Shown here in pieces: positions 10,174 through 19,699 of a DNA stretch of 64,000 nucleotides. Under the pieces are notes generated by a model. That model did no database searches. It was given only the letters and a program-made list of their open reading frames with translations, and had not been told where the DNA came from. Location of the stretch: the NCBI GenBank assembly GCA_043822125.1, contig JBDRCB010000006.1, positions 123,520-187,519 on the forward strand, in the 5' to 3' direction. Each line of letters begins with the position of its first letter. The stretch's first letter is position 1. This stretch comes from an archaeon (GTDB taxonomy: Archaea > Nanobdellota > Nanobdellia > Pacearchaeales > GW2011-AR1). Made by a program: the position numbers and the translations under genes.

Positions 10174-10189
10174 TTGGACGCCCACGTCG
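10174..10189 (-). repeat. Duplicated 3'-end fragment of tRNA-Asp (TTGGACGCCCACG.CG), 15/16 identical to 15008..15023
   Basis: Compared by eye with the tRNA-Asp 3' acceptor and trailer sequence. Same orientation. Confidence 0.45.
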
Positions 10190-10277
10190 CACACCTAATT
10201 ATAAAAAAGAGATTTGATATTTAACTTATAACTAATAAGAATAATTGAAGTTCATATAATTTTTGTAAATCTCAAAA

Positions 10278-12407
10278 TTATGCTACAGAAAATCTTAACA
10301 ATCTTTCTGAAAATTTAAATTCTCCAACCCAAAGGTAACTTCCATCATAAGCAAGAGAAGTCGACCAGAATAATTTGCCTTCTTTTGTACTTGGAATTCT
10401 GCCTTTTTCTCCTAAAAATATATCTGCTTGCTCTCCGAGGAGTGCATCTTCAATATCTGTCCAAATATGAACCGCATTAAATCCAGTATCTCCCACAAAT
10501 AAATGTCCATCATAAACTAAAACTCCTTGGGGAAGATTAAACATTCCAGTAAGAACATTTTGTTTTGCATTTGGAAGTTCATTAATTTTGTATATTAAAA
10601 TAGAACCCCCTTGTCCAAGAACAGAATTCACAACAAGATATTCTCCATCACTTGAAATTCTTGAAGGTCCTTCAGCATCCAAACTAAAGAGAGGATTCGA
10701 GATTCCATCAGGAATTCCTTCCCAAACATAAATCTTATTTGCTAAATTATCTGTAAGATAAAAATACTCATCGTCCATAGCAACTCCTTGTAAATCCTGA
10801 AATTCAACATTTCCAATTTTATCTCTAAAAACCAAATCAGGCAACTCCCCATTAAGAGGAAGATTATTCCAAATAAAGACTGTTTTCTTCCCAGCTAAAG
10901 TTAAAACATTGTTATAAATGGCATTATCCCAAGGAGCATCAGTAAGTATGTAAACAAAATCTGGATTAGCCCCACTTTCATCAGGCAAAGATTTCCAAAC
11001 ATATAATTTCCTGTCAAAATCAGAAGAAACAAATAAACTATTTCCATCTGTTGCAGGAACAGGATTGCTAATTATAAATTCTGTTTCAAGGGTGTTTGTG
11101 TAAATATCTGAACTTCCTATTGAAAAATCGGGTTTTTTTGAAACTGTGGGCAAATTACTATATCCGACAATTTTATTTCCATTACAAAGAGAAATGTAAA
11201 GTTTTCCTTTGACATAGACAATACTTGAACCATCCCCACTTTCTTTTCCCCCAAAATCATATATATCACCATTTATTGAAAAATCTGCTTCATCATTTTC
11301 ATCTTCAGGAAAACTATCCCAGACATATAATTTATCACTAACAACTATAAATTTTCCGTCTTCTGTAAATATCGGTCCCCACATTATTTCTCCATCTCTT
11401 TTTTCACTCTGAGCATTTGACATAAAAAAATCATACTGCTGATTATCTTGTGTTGGAAATGTTTTCCAAAAAAAGTTTCCTTGTGAAGACTTAAAAGCAT
11501 TATGGTCTCCTATTACCAAATTTGTGCCGTCACTTCCAATTGTCCTCGGTGTACCAAAATCATCTAATTTTATGACTATATCTGGCTCTTGATTATCTTG
11601 GATGGGGAAAGTATTCCAAATTAAAACTTGTGAAGAAGCAGTACTTGTAACAATCATTTTTTCTCCATTTGTCCAAACTGCCCAAGGCCAGGCAATATTT
11701 CCTTTTATGCTTGGGTCATCTAAACCCTGAAGAACAATATCTGCGGGTTTACCGTTGGTTGTGGGAAAAGTATTCCAAATAAGAATTCTGTGGTTGTAAG
11801 TATCTGCAACTATAAGGTGAATTCCATCAGTTGCAACTGATACGGGCCAGTTTAATTTGTCTAAACCACTTCCCGGATTATTTGTAAAAAAATTATCCTG
11901 CCCAAGAACAATATCTGGTTCTGAGTTCTCTTCAGGAAGAGAATTCCAAATAAGAATTCTATTGTTATTTCTATCTGCTAATATTAAATGTTCTCCATCA
12001 CTTGCAATACCCCCTTGATGATTAAAAAGCAAAGGACCCCCTGCATTGTTAAAATCAATGCCTGAAAGAAGGACATCTGCATATTGTTGATTTGAAAACC
12101 ATCCTGCCGGTTTTGTAACAACAGTTTTGTAGTTTGAATTTAATCTTTCTACAGATACTTCTTGTTGTCCAAGAGAGGGAGAATTATCTAAATTAAATTC
12201 ATCATCTTCGTAAATTCCTAAACAATCTGGTTTGTAACATCCACTATCAATATTTTGTTTTTCAAATTCATCGCAAATACCATCACAACCCCCTTTCTGG
12301 AGGGTTATATTATTTTCTTTTTCTGAATCAGAATTTAAAAGGTAAATACCAACACTTAATATTAAAACTATTGCAATAATTATTCCAATCATCACACTTC
12401 TTCTCAT
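10278..12407 (-). CDS. Secreted beta-propeller repeat protein (NHL/YVTN-like repeats, recurring xIWNxxP motif)
   Basis: Signal peptide. Repeats NNRILIWNSLPEEN, NHRILIWNTFPTTN, SQVLIWNTFPIQDN, TVFIWNNLPLNG, KIYVWEGIPDG. Confidence 0.5.
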   Translation of the reverse strand: MRRSVMIGIIIAIVLILSVGIYLLNSDSEKENNITLQKGGCDGICDEFEKQNIDSGCYKPDCLGIYEDDEFNLDNSPSLGQQEVSVERLNSNYKTVVTKPAGWFSNQQYADVLLSGIDFNNAGGPLLFNHQGGIASDGEHLILADRNNNRILIWNSLPEENSEPDIVLGQDNFFTNNPGSGLDKLNWPVSVATDGIHLIVADTYNHRILIWNTFPTTNGKPADIVLQGLDDPSIKGNIAWPWAVWTNGEKMIVTSTASSQVLIWNTFPIQDNQEPDIVIKLDDFGTPRTIGSDGTNLVIGDHNAFKSSQGNFFWKTFPTQDNQQYDFFMSNAQSEKRDGEIMWGPIFTEDGKFIVVSDKLYVWDSFPEDENDEADFSINGDIYDFGGKESGDGSSIVYVKGKLYISLCNGNKIVGYSNLPTVSKKPDFSIGSSDIYTNTLETEFIISNPVPATDGNSLFVSSDFDRKLYVWKSLPDESGANPDFVYILTDAPWDNAIYNNVLTLAGKKTVFIWNNLPLNGELPDLVFRDKIGNVEFQDLQGVAMDDEYFYLTDNLANKIYVWEGIPDGISNPLFSLDAEGPSRISSDGEYLVVNSVLGQGGSILIYKINELPNAKQNVLTGMFNLPQGVLVYDGHLFVGDTGFNAVHIWTDIEDALLGEQADIFLGEKGRIPSTKEGKLFWSTSLAYDGSYLWVGEFKFSERLLRFSVA

Positions 12408-13090
12408 TCTAAATTTACTACTTTGATAATTTTGGTTTTATCTTTAATAAAAAACTTTAATCCTGAAGCTTGTTTTGGTATTTCAAAGAGATCATAAAAT
12501 GGTTTTTCTAAATTTGGTTGAAAACCTCCAACTCGAGTGTTTGTTGCAAAAAGAATGTAGGTATTATCTTGGTCGTCTTTTAATTCTGAAACAAACTTTA
12601 AATTAAATGGCCCTGTGTTTTGATATGTAGTTTTCCCTAAGTTTGTTATTCCCCCATTCACACGAAGATAAAATCCAGAAGTAGTTATATTCTGTCCGTC
12701 ATTAACAGTTACTTGAGCCTCTTTAGTAATATTATTTATTTTCATTGAGAACACTTCTTCTCCGTAAGTTAAATTAAACGAATCTCCTAAATTGTAATAT
12801 TCATATTGTTGTTCTAGTTTAGGAGCATTAAGCCCACTAATTACTATAAGAGTGAAATAAACCACCGTGAATATAATTACTTTTAATGGTCTGCTAATTC
12901 TAAGATATTTTTTTGGAACAGCTGCAAAAATTCCAGGAATAAAAAAAAGAAGCCCTACCAATATCTGTCCTGCTTTAATTGTTACAATCGCTGAAAAGAT
13001 AGAAAATAATACTGCTAAACCAACAAATACCCAACAAGTCACAACCCAAACACCAATTTCTTTTACTGATTCTTTTTCTTGTTTTTTCAT
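12404..13090 (-). CDS. Membrane-anchored extracellular protein (hypothetical), overlaps the downstream gene by 4 nt
   Basis: Two N-terminal TM helices then a soluble domain. Operonic with 10278..12407. Confidence 0.35.
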   Translation of the reverse strand: MKKQEKESVKEIGVWVVTCWVFVGLAVLFSIFSAIVTIKAGQILVGLLFFIPGIFAAVPKKYLRISRPLKVIIFTVVYFTLIVISGLNAPKLEQQYEYYNLGDSFNLTYGEEVFSMKINNITKEAQVTVNDGQNITTSGFYLRVNGGITNLGKTTYQNTGPFNLKFVSELKDDQDNTYILFATNTRVGGFQPNLEKPFYDLFEIPKQASGLKFFIKDKTKIIKVVNLE

Positions 13091-13096
13091 TTAATT

Positions 13097-14635
13097 TTAA
13101 TCAACTACTCCTGGTTCTCCAGGCCCCTCGTCAACTCCTGCTACATCATTACTTCCTGTATCACCAGATGATAAATCTCCACTACTAACAACAGTGTTAT
13201 CAACAACATTATTTCCATCACTTGTTACAACTCCTTGCTTATCTCCATCAACAACATTATTCCCACTATCTCCTCCACCAGTTACAACTCCTTGCTTATC
13301 TCCTTGGATAACCATTCCAGAATCTCCTGTATCATGAGTTCCCTGAGCAAAAGTTCTCACTGCTATTTGATTTTTAATTTCATTCATTTCTTGCTTTATT
13401 TCTCTAGCTTTATTGCTTACTTCCAACCCTCCTTCTTCAACACCCCATTCGCCTTCATCTACTGTCCAATTACTTTCATCAATTGTATGTTGTGCAGACT
13501 TATTTTCAAATTCATCAATAACGTTTTCAACTTCTTTTCCAATAATATAATTTATTAAGCCCTCTTCGTTTTTAATTATTGTAATCTCTCCACATTTTTC
13601 CTCTAAAAAATTATCGTTTTCATCAAAACATTGTGGGATTGATTCTTTCATTGTTGGTATTTGCTCATCACATTCTCTTTCATGCCCGATATAATTTCCA
13701 TATTCATCCCAATCAGCACTTGTTTCTTTTAGATGTTCATATTGTTTGCATTCTGGCTTATCATTTTCATCCCAGCATTCTTCTGGAACTCCACATGAAT
13801 GTTCTATTTTATAGCCAATCATCTTGCTCTCTTTTTCTCTGAATAGATTAATTAAGAAATCTGGAACAAAACTTTCTGCAAAACCATCTCCTTTTTCTGG
13901 TTCCATTGATTTTAATTCATTGCAGGAACTCTCATCATCATTATACTCGCATTTGAGTGCAAGAGCAACCATTTTTTCACACTTTGCTTTTTGTTCTTCG
14001 TCAACATTATTTTCACAATTACAAGTTCCAGGATCATCTATGCAACTCCTAATTTCTAACATTAATTTAACAAACATTCTTTCCTGAAGGTCTTTTAATT
14101 TTTCTAAATCATCTTTAAGTGGTTCAGGGGCAGTTTTAGGATTACATTCTTCATCTTTTAACATTAAAGCAAAATCTTCTTTTGCTAATTCACTGCAATA
14201 TTCATAGGTTTTTTCAGTAAGAACTGCTGTAAGTTGAGTTTTTTCTTCTTCTAAAATATAATCGTCAAATTCGTCTGAAAGATTTTCCTCTTGATTTATT
14301 TTATCAACAATTTCATCAACATTTGTTTTAACCTCTTCAGAATTGTCTAAAGAAACTTTTTCTTGCACAATCTGGAGTTTCTCTTTTGCTTTTACCAGAT
14401 TTTGAATTGCTTTATCTTCTTCTTGATTTTGGATATTTATAATAGCGGAATTAATTTCTTTTTCTCTAATCTCTAACGCCAACCTAACTTCGTTATCTCC
14501 TCCAGAAAAAAATAACTTAACATTATCTACAAATCTGCCAAAACCAGAATATGTTCGAGCTTGTTCTTGAGCCAAAATCAAGGGTGAAACCAATAAGATT
14601 CCTAATAAAATTAAAACTATCATCTCTTTTTTCAT
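13097..14635 (-). CDS. Secreted acidic coiled-coil and Cys-containing protein with C-terminal GDKQGVVT/NNVVD repeats (hypothetical surface protein)
   Basis: Signal peptide MKKEMIVLILLGILLVSPLILA, paralogous to the signal peptide of 8590..10140. C-terminal Gly/Asp-rich repeats. Confidence 0.4.
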   Translation of the reverse strand: MKKEMIVLILLGILLVSPLILAQEQARTYSGFGRFVDNVKLFFSGGDNEVRLALEIREKEINSAIINIQNQEEDKAIQNLVKAKEKLQIVQEKVSLDNSEEVKTNVDEIVDKINQEENLSDEFDDYILEEEKTQLTAVLTEKTYEYCSELAKEDFALMLKDEECNPKTAPEPLKDDLEKLKDLQERMFVKLMLEIRSCIDDPGTCNCENNVDEEQKAKCEKMVALALKCEYNDDESSCNELKSMEPEKGDGFAESFVPDFLINLFREKESKMIGYKIEHSCGVPEECWDENDKPECKQYEHLKETSADWDEYGNYIGHERECDEQIPTMKESIPQCFDENDNFLEEKCGEITIIKNEEGLINYIIGKEVENVIDEFENKSAQHTIDESNWTVDEGEWGVEEGGLEVSNKAREIKQEMNEIKNQIAVRTFAQGTHDTGDSGMVIQGDKQGVVTGGGDSGNNVVDGDKQGVVTSDGNNVVDNTVVSSGDLSSGDTGSNDVAGVDEGPGEPGVVD

Positions 14636-14694
14636 AAAAATAACAATAAAAAGAAGTTTAAATAATTAACTCCCAATCAAGAGAGTAGAAGGAG

Positions 14695-14946
14695 TTAATT
14701 CTTTTTCTTAGGTTCTAAAAAACCGCAGATTAAAAATATCCATCCTAAACATCCAGAGATTAAAGCAGGAATAACATAAAGGTATCTATGAATAAAACAA
14801 GCAATCATCTGTTCATCATTTAAAATAAGAGCATTACAATAACCAAAACCAAAAGGAGAAATTCTTGCATTCCAAAACATATAACTGCTAAAAATTATAA
14901 AACCAATCCCAAGAACAAACCATTGATTTCTATTCATAATTAACAC
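14695..14946 (-). CDS. Small membrane protein (hypothetical)
   Basis: 83 aa, 2-3 TM helices. Confidence 0.3.
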   Translation of the reverse strand: MLIMNRNQWFVLGIGFIIFSSYMFWNARISPFGFGYCNALILNDEQMIACFIHRYLYVIPALISGCLGWIFLICGFLEPKKKN

Positions 14947-15012
14947 AAGAAATCAGAGTTTATAATATTTTTTATAATATTTTCAAGTATCGGAAACTTA
15001 ACTTTTTTTGGA

Positions 15013-15084
15013 CGCCCACGCCGGGAGTCGAACCCGGGTTGCATCCGCGACAGGGATGTGTCATAGCCGTTAGACCACGTAGGC
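15013..15084 (-). tRNA. tRNA-Asp (anticodon GTC)
   Basis: Hand-folded cloverleaf on the minus strand. Acceptor stem GCCTACG/CGTGGGC with one G.U pair. Anticodon stem CATCC/GGATG with loop CTGTCGC. T-arm CCGGG-TTCGACT-CCCGG. Discriminator G. No encoded CCA. Confidence 0.8.
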
Positions 15085-15120
15085 ACGAGATATTAAGAAA
15101 AAATTTATTTTTAAAACTTG

Positions 15121-15372
15121 CTACTTCTTGAACTTCATAACTTTGACATTTCCCATAAGAGGAAATTTAGGAAGAATTTTCTTGTACAAGTCATCAACTT
15201 CCCTAGGAGTCAGCTCAACAATTCCAGAGCCATTATTTCCCCTGAAGCAGATTGCTATTGAAGCTGAATCTGCATTCAAAAAATCCTCCTTAATTAAAAT
15301 CTCCTTAATCTCCCCAGAAGTTTCAAGCCGAACAATTCCGTCATCATTTTGCTTTTTTGTCTTTACATTCAT
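15121..15372 (-). CDS. Hypothetical small protein
   Basis: 83-aa ORF with no recognisable motifs. Confidence 0.25.
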   Translation of the reverse strand: MNVKTKKQNDDGIVRLETSGEIKEILIKEDFLNADSASIAICFRGNNGSGIVELTPREVDDLYKKILPKFPLMGNVKVMKFKK

Positions 15373-15447
15373 AAAAAGAACAGCATATTGATATTTATAA
15401 GAATTTATAGACGGAGAAATATATAATAAAACACCTCTTTAATAGGA

Positions 15448-16743
15448 TTACTTCCTCTTTTTTATAACTTTAAACCCAGTATATTTCCAGAGGGCCTTTG
15501 GAATTTTTATTGAACCATCTTTCTGCTGGTTGTTCTCAAGAATCGCAACCATGATTCTTGACGTCGCCAGAGCAGTATCATTCAAGGTATGCAAAATCTT
15601 TCTATTTCCATTTTTATCAACACATTTTATATTTAATTTTCTCGCCTGATAATCTGTGCAATTAGACAGAGACATAACTTCGCCATAATTATTTGTAGTA
15701 GGTCTCCAAACTTCTAAATCAGCAGATTGATATTTCCAATCAGCCATATCTCCTGTGCATAACTGCAAGACCCTATAAGGCAATTCAAGTTTTTTCAAAA
15801 TCTCTTCGGAGTTTTTCAACAACTCATCATAAAGTTTTTCTGAATCTTCTGGCTTGCAAAAAATAAACTGCTCAACCTTGTTAAACTGATGCGTCCTCCA
15901 CAAACCTTTTTCATTTATTCCGTGCGCCCCGATTTCTTTCCTGAAACACATTGAATAAGAAAAATATTTTTTAGGTAGTTCAGATTCAGAAAGAGTATCG
16001 CCAGTGTGCATCGCCAGCAAAGACTGCTCAGCAGTTCCTATAAGATTCAAATCATCGTCTTTAATAGAATAAACAGACTCCTCGATGGCTTTTTTATCCA
16101 TCGATGCATAAATTGAATTTTCATTTAACAGCAAAGGAGTTTCAATATATTCATAGCCCTTGCTCTTCATAAAATCAACTCCGAATTTTACCAAGGCTTG
16201 ATTCAGCAGCGCAAGTTCATTTTTCAGATAATAAAAACCCTTGCCAGAAACCCTCGCTGATGCTTCAAAATCTCCAAGATTCAACTCTTCAATCAATTCA
16301 ACATGATTTTTAATAGGAAAGGTAAATTTTGGAATTTTCCCAACTTTCTTTACCTCAACATTCTCAGAATCATCCTTGCCGATTGGAACTGACTTATAAA
16401 TCATATTTGGAATTTTATACATAACCTGTTTTATTTCCTCTTCAAGTTTTTTTCTTTTTTCTTCTAATTTAGAAATCTTCCCAGGAATTTCCTTCGCGGT
16501 TTTAATTAATCTAGAGGCATCTTTTTTCTGCTTCTTCGCCTGGTTAATCTCCTGCGAAATTTTGTTTCTTTCTGAACGCAGTTTATCTTCGCTGTATTTT
16601 ATCTCCCGCCACTCGCTGTCCAGTTTCAGCACTTTATCAACTAAGGGAATTTTAGAGTCCTGAAATTTTTTTCTTATATTCTCCTTGACAAGCTCAGGGT
16701 TTTCCCTTATTAACTTAATATCAATCATAAAAAAATTATACAA
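15448..16743 (-). CDS. serS: Seryl-tRNA synthetase
   Basis: N-terminal coiled-coil tRNA-binding arm (MIDIKLIRENPELVKENIRKK). Class II aaRS core with typical SerRS length (431 aa) and motifs. Confidence 0.9.
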   Translation of the reverse strand: MYNFFMIDIKLIRENPELVKENIRKKFQDSKIPLVDKVLKLDSEWREIKYSEDKLRSERNKISQEINQAKKQKKDASRLIKTAKEIPGKISKLEEKRKKLEEEIKQVMYKIPNMIYKSVPIGKDDSENVEVKKVGKIPKFTFPIKNHVELIEELNLGDFEASARVSGKGFYYLKNELALLNQALVKFGVDFMKSKGYEYIETPLLLNENSIYASMDKKAIEESVYSIKDDDLNLIGTAEQSLLAMHTGDTLSESELPKKYFSYSMCFRKEIGAHGINEKGLWRTHQFNKVEQFIFCKPEDSEKLYDELLKNSEEILKKLELPYRVLQLCTGDMADWKYQSADLEVWRPTTNNYGEVMSLSNCTDYQARKLNIKCVDKNGNRKILHTLNDTALATSRIMVAILENNQQKDGSIKIPKALWKYTGFKVIKKRK

Positions 16744-16798
16744 ACATTATATTTAAATTTATTGAAAGATTTAAAAATACCATTAACCAAATTATTTC

Positions 16799-17440
16799 AT
16801 GGAAGGGGTGATTAATCTATATAAAGAATTTCTCTCATTTTTCCCGCCGTATGTCGGAGTGTTGTTGAACTTATTGATTTTGACATTAATTATTGTAGTA
16901 TATTCTGTTTTTGTGTGGAAGTTTTATAGGATTATTTCCAAGAAAAACACAATAGAGTTGAATTTAAACCAGTACAACATAAATCAGAACTCTTTTTTCT
17001 CAAGATTATTTTCAGGGGCATTTTATTTTTTAGAGAATATAATAATCGCTCCTCTGCTAATTTTCATCGCATTTGCTGTTTTCACATTTTTCCTGATAGC
17101 TCTCTCAGAAAATCAGGATGTTTCGCAGATCCTTGTGGTGTCGGCAGTAGTTATCGCTGCAATAAGAATGACATCGTATTACAAAGAGGATTTGTCAAAA
17201 GACCTCGCAAAAATGTTTCCGTTCCTGCTCCTGACTATTGCTGTCCTCAATCCTGCAAATTTTTCACAAGCCCAATATTTTGAAAAAATAATCTTCAACC
17301 TTAGCCAGCTCCCGAACTTCTTCGGAGAAATAATATACTATCTCGGGTTTATAATATTCCTGGAAATCATCATGAGATTCTTTGATTTTTTATTCTCTCT
17401 TTTTGGAATAGAAGAAGTTGGTGAGGAGAAAAAGAATTAA
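16799..17440 (+). CDS. Integral membrane protein (hypothetical)
   Basis: 213 aa, ~5 TM helices. Confidence 0.35.
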   Translation: MEGVINLYKEFLSFFPPYVGVLLNLLILTLIIVVYSVFVWKFYRIISKKNTIELNLNQYNINQNSFFSRLFSGAFYFLENIIIAPLLIFIAFAVFTFFLIALSENQDVSQILVVSAVVIAAIRMTSYYKEDLSKDLAKMFPFLLLTIAVLNPANFSQAQYFEKIIFNLSQLPNFFGEIIYYLGFIIFLEIIMRFFDFLFSLFGIEEVGEEKKN

Positions 17441-19149
17441 TTCCTATTAACATCAGGGTGCTCATGACCTTTACCCAGTATCTCCTTTAAATTCTTAATG
17501 TGCTTTTTTCTTTCTCTTTCATATTCTTCTCCGTCGGTTTTTAGCTCTTTTATCATCTTGGAAATATATTCTCCTCCCAAAAAATGAGGAGTCAAAACAT
17601 AATCTGCTCCTTCCTCGTAAAGTGCGAGTGCGTCTTTTATTTGGTGTGCCCTCGCTATCACAATTGTTTTTGGATTAATTCTTTTTATTTTTTCAACAAG
17701 GAGAAGATTTATCTCAAATTCAGGAATAGTGGAAACAATTATTTTCACATTTTCAATAGGAAGTTCTGATATAAATTCATCGTCATAAGCATCTCCGTAA
17801 ACGCAGGAAATACCAAGCTTAGAAAGGTCCTCAATAGTTTCAGGATTAAAATCAACAACTAAATATCTTTTCTTAATCATTTTCAAAGAATTAAGTATTC
17901 CAAAACCTATTCTGTTGTATCCGAATAAAATTGAATCATATCTTTCAATATTCCCTTTCTTTTTGTTAAGCTTCTTTCTTTCAAAAATAGAAAGGTGTGA
18001 GGAGATTAAAGAATAAATTTTATTTGAATATAAAACCAAATATGTAGAGCCGCCTATTGTGATAAGAGAGATAAAAGTCATAAATGAAAGCACTTCCTGG
18101 CTTATGTGCCCGACGCTGACACCCAATGCAATAAATATAAGTGAAAACTCTCCTATTTGTGCAACAGTCAGTCCTGCCAAAAAACCAGTTCTCTTCGCAT
18201 AACCCATAAGCCCCATAATTATCATAACAACAAGAGGGTTTCCTATTAAAATCAATAGTGAAAACACAAAAATTTCAGCTCCCCTGCTAGATATATCCCC
18301 TAAAACCATCTGAGAGCCGAGGAGTATAAAAAACAGCACAATGAAAAAATCCCTGAGTGGTTTTGTCTTGGAGGAAATCTCTCTTGAATAAGGAGAAATT
18401 GAAAGGGTCACACCTGCTAGAAGGGCTCCGATTTCAATTGAAAATCCTAAATAATGAAACAAACTCGCAAGAGCGAGGCACCACCCAACAGAAAATAAAA
18501 ATAAAAATTCCTGCGAAACAGATATAACTTTCGTTAACCTCGGAAAAAATAAATAACTCACTAACGCAACAAAAATCAAAGCGAGCACACCCTTAAGTAT
18601 TGTCTGCGTGATTAAACCTGAAATAGCAATTTCATTTGAAAGAGAAGAAATAGTCATTAAAGCAAAAATTGCAACCAAATCCTGAATAATTAAAAATCCT
18701 ATTGCTATTTTTCCGTGGAGAGAATCAATCTGTCTTATGTCAGTGAGAATTTTCATGATGATAATTGTGCTGCTGAAGGTTAATGCAAGTGCAATATAAA
18801 TTGAGGTGATTGCAGTAAAACCAAATGCCTTTGCTATGAAAAAACCAATAACTGCTGTAAAAAAAATCTGTCCAAGTCCTGTCAGCAGGGAAATTTTCCC
18901 GACATCTTTTATAACACGCGGATTTAAATGAAGCCCGACCATAAAAAGCAGGAGAGCAACACCCAGTTTTGAAAATGTTTCAAAAACATTATTGCCTACC
19001 CCGATGATATTAAACAGATAAGGGCCTGCAATAATTCCTGTTATAATATATCCAATAAGAAGAGGTTGTTTTAAAATCCTCATCAGTCCTGAAATAAAAA
19101 CAGCGAGGATAATTATGATGCTGAGATTAATAAAAATATCACCTGCCAT
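17437..19149 (-). CDS. CPA2-family monovalent cation/H+ antiporter (Kef-type) with C-terminal RCK/TrkA-N domain
   Basis: About 12 TM helices plus a C-terminal Rossmann-like RCK domain (YLVVDFNPETIEDLSKLGISCVYGDA). Confidence 0.8.
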   Translation of the reverse strand: MAGDIFINLSIIIILAVFISGLMRILKQPLLIGYIITGIIAGPYLFNIIGVGNNVFETFSKLGVALLLFMVGLHLNPRVIKDVGKISLLTGLGQIFFTAVIGFFIAKAFGFTAITSIYIALALTFSSTIIIMKILTDIRQIDSLHGKIAIGFLIIQDLVAIFALMTISSLSNEIAISGLITQTILKGVLALIFVALVSYLFFPRLTKVISVSQEFLFLFSVGWCLALASLFHYLGFSIEIGALLAGVTLSISPYSREISSKTKPLRDFFIVLFFILLGSQMVLGDISSRGAEIFVFSLLILIGNPLVVMIIMGLMGYAKRTGFLAGLTVAQIGEFSLIFIALGVSVGHISQEVLSFMTFISLITIGGSTYLVLYSNKIYSLISSHLSIFERKKLNKKKGNIERYDSILFGYNRIGFGILNSLKMIKKRYLVVDFNPETIEDLSKLGISCVYGDAYDDEFISELPIENVKIIVSTIPEFEINLLLVEKIKRINPKTIVIARAHQIKDALALYEEGADYVLTPHFLGGEYISKMIKELKTDGEEYERERKKHIKNLKEILGKGHEHPDVNRN

Positions 19150-19193
19150 TTTAACTTACAATAAGATATACTATATAAGCGTTATGATATAAA

Positions 19194-19364
19194 TTATTTT
19201 TTTCTCCTCAATCTCTTGAGCTTTCTAACTTTAGAATCTTTGCTCTTGTTGCTGGGACTTCTTCCTTTGAAATTCTTTTTAGAAGTAGTTTTACTTTTTT
19301 TTCTTTTGCAGGAATGTTTTTTTTTCACGCTCTTTTTTGTAGATTTTTTTAATGCCACGATCAT
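19194..19364 (-). CDS. Unannotated 56-aa extremely basic (Lys/Arg-rich) small protein, hypothetical
   Basis: Hand translation gives MIVALKKSTKKSVKKKHSCKRKKSKTTSKKNFKGRSPSNKSKDSKVRKLKRLRRKK. It lies immediately upstream of the antiporter gene. It may be spurious in AT-rich DNA. Confidence 0.2.
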   Translation of the reverse strand: MIVALKKSTKKSVKKKHSCKRKKSKTTSKKNFKGRSPSNKSKDSKVRKLKRLRRKK

Positions 19365-19699
19365 GCGCTGACAATCTGGACTCAGTGAAAGAGTTCCTCA
19401 AACATCTACTAACCCATCTAAATCTTCTAGTATGTTTTAAAGGTTATCTCTTCGTCGCATAGTAAGCTTATCAAATACAGATTTAATGTAGGGAGTTATA
19501 GTCCAGACCCTGCATTCGTGATGGCATTTGAAAGAGGCTGTATGCAGACATCCTTTCCAAGACAACTGAAATGTCCTCGTCAGCTAAAAAAACAAGGAAT
19601 CTAAAATTTTTAAAATTAACTTACCACTAAAGAATTATTGCATTTGCCTTCCAAACAAAAAATCATAAATAATATAAACAATTTTCCCTCTTTAATTTT

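Noticed and set aside
12867-13094. 75-aa plus-strand ORF at 12867..13094
   Set aside because: It lies antisense within the membrane-anchored protein gene 12404..13090 and is Thr/Pro/Gln-rich low complexity.
19365-19699. A ~330-nt ORF-free region upstream of the P-type ATPase, as a possible structured ncRNA (SRP or RNase P RNA)
   Set aside because: No conserved SRP or RNase P sequence blocks and no extended complementary helices could be recognised by eye. It is more likely a promoter or 5'-UTR. A covariance-model scan (Rfam) would be needed.
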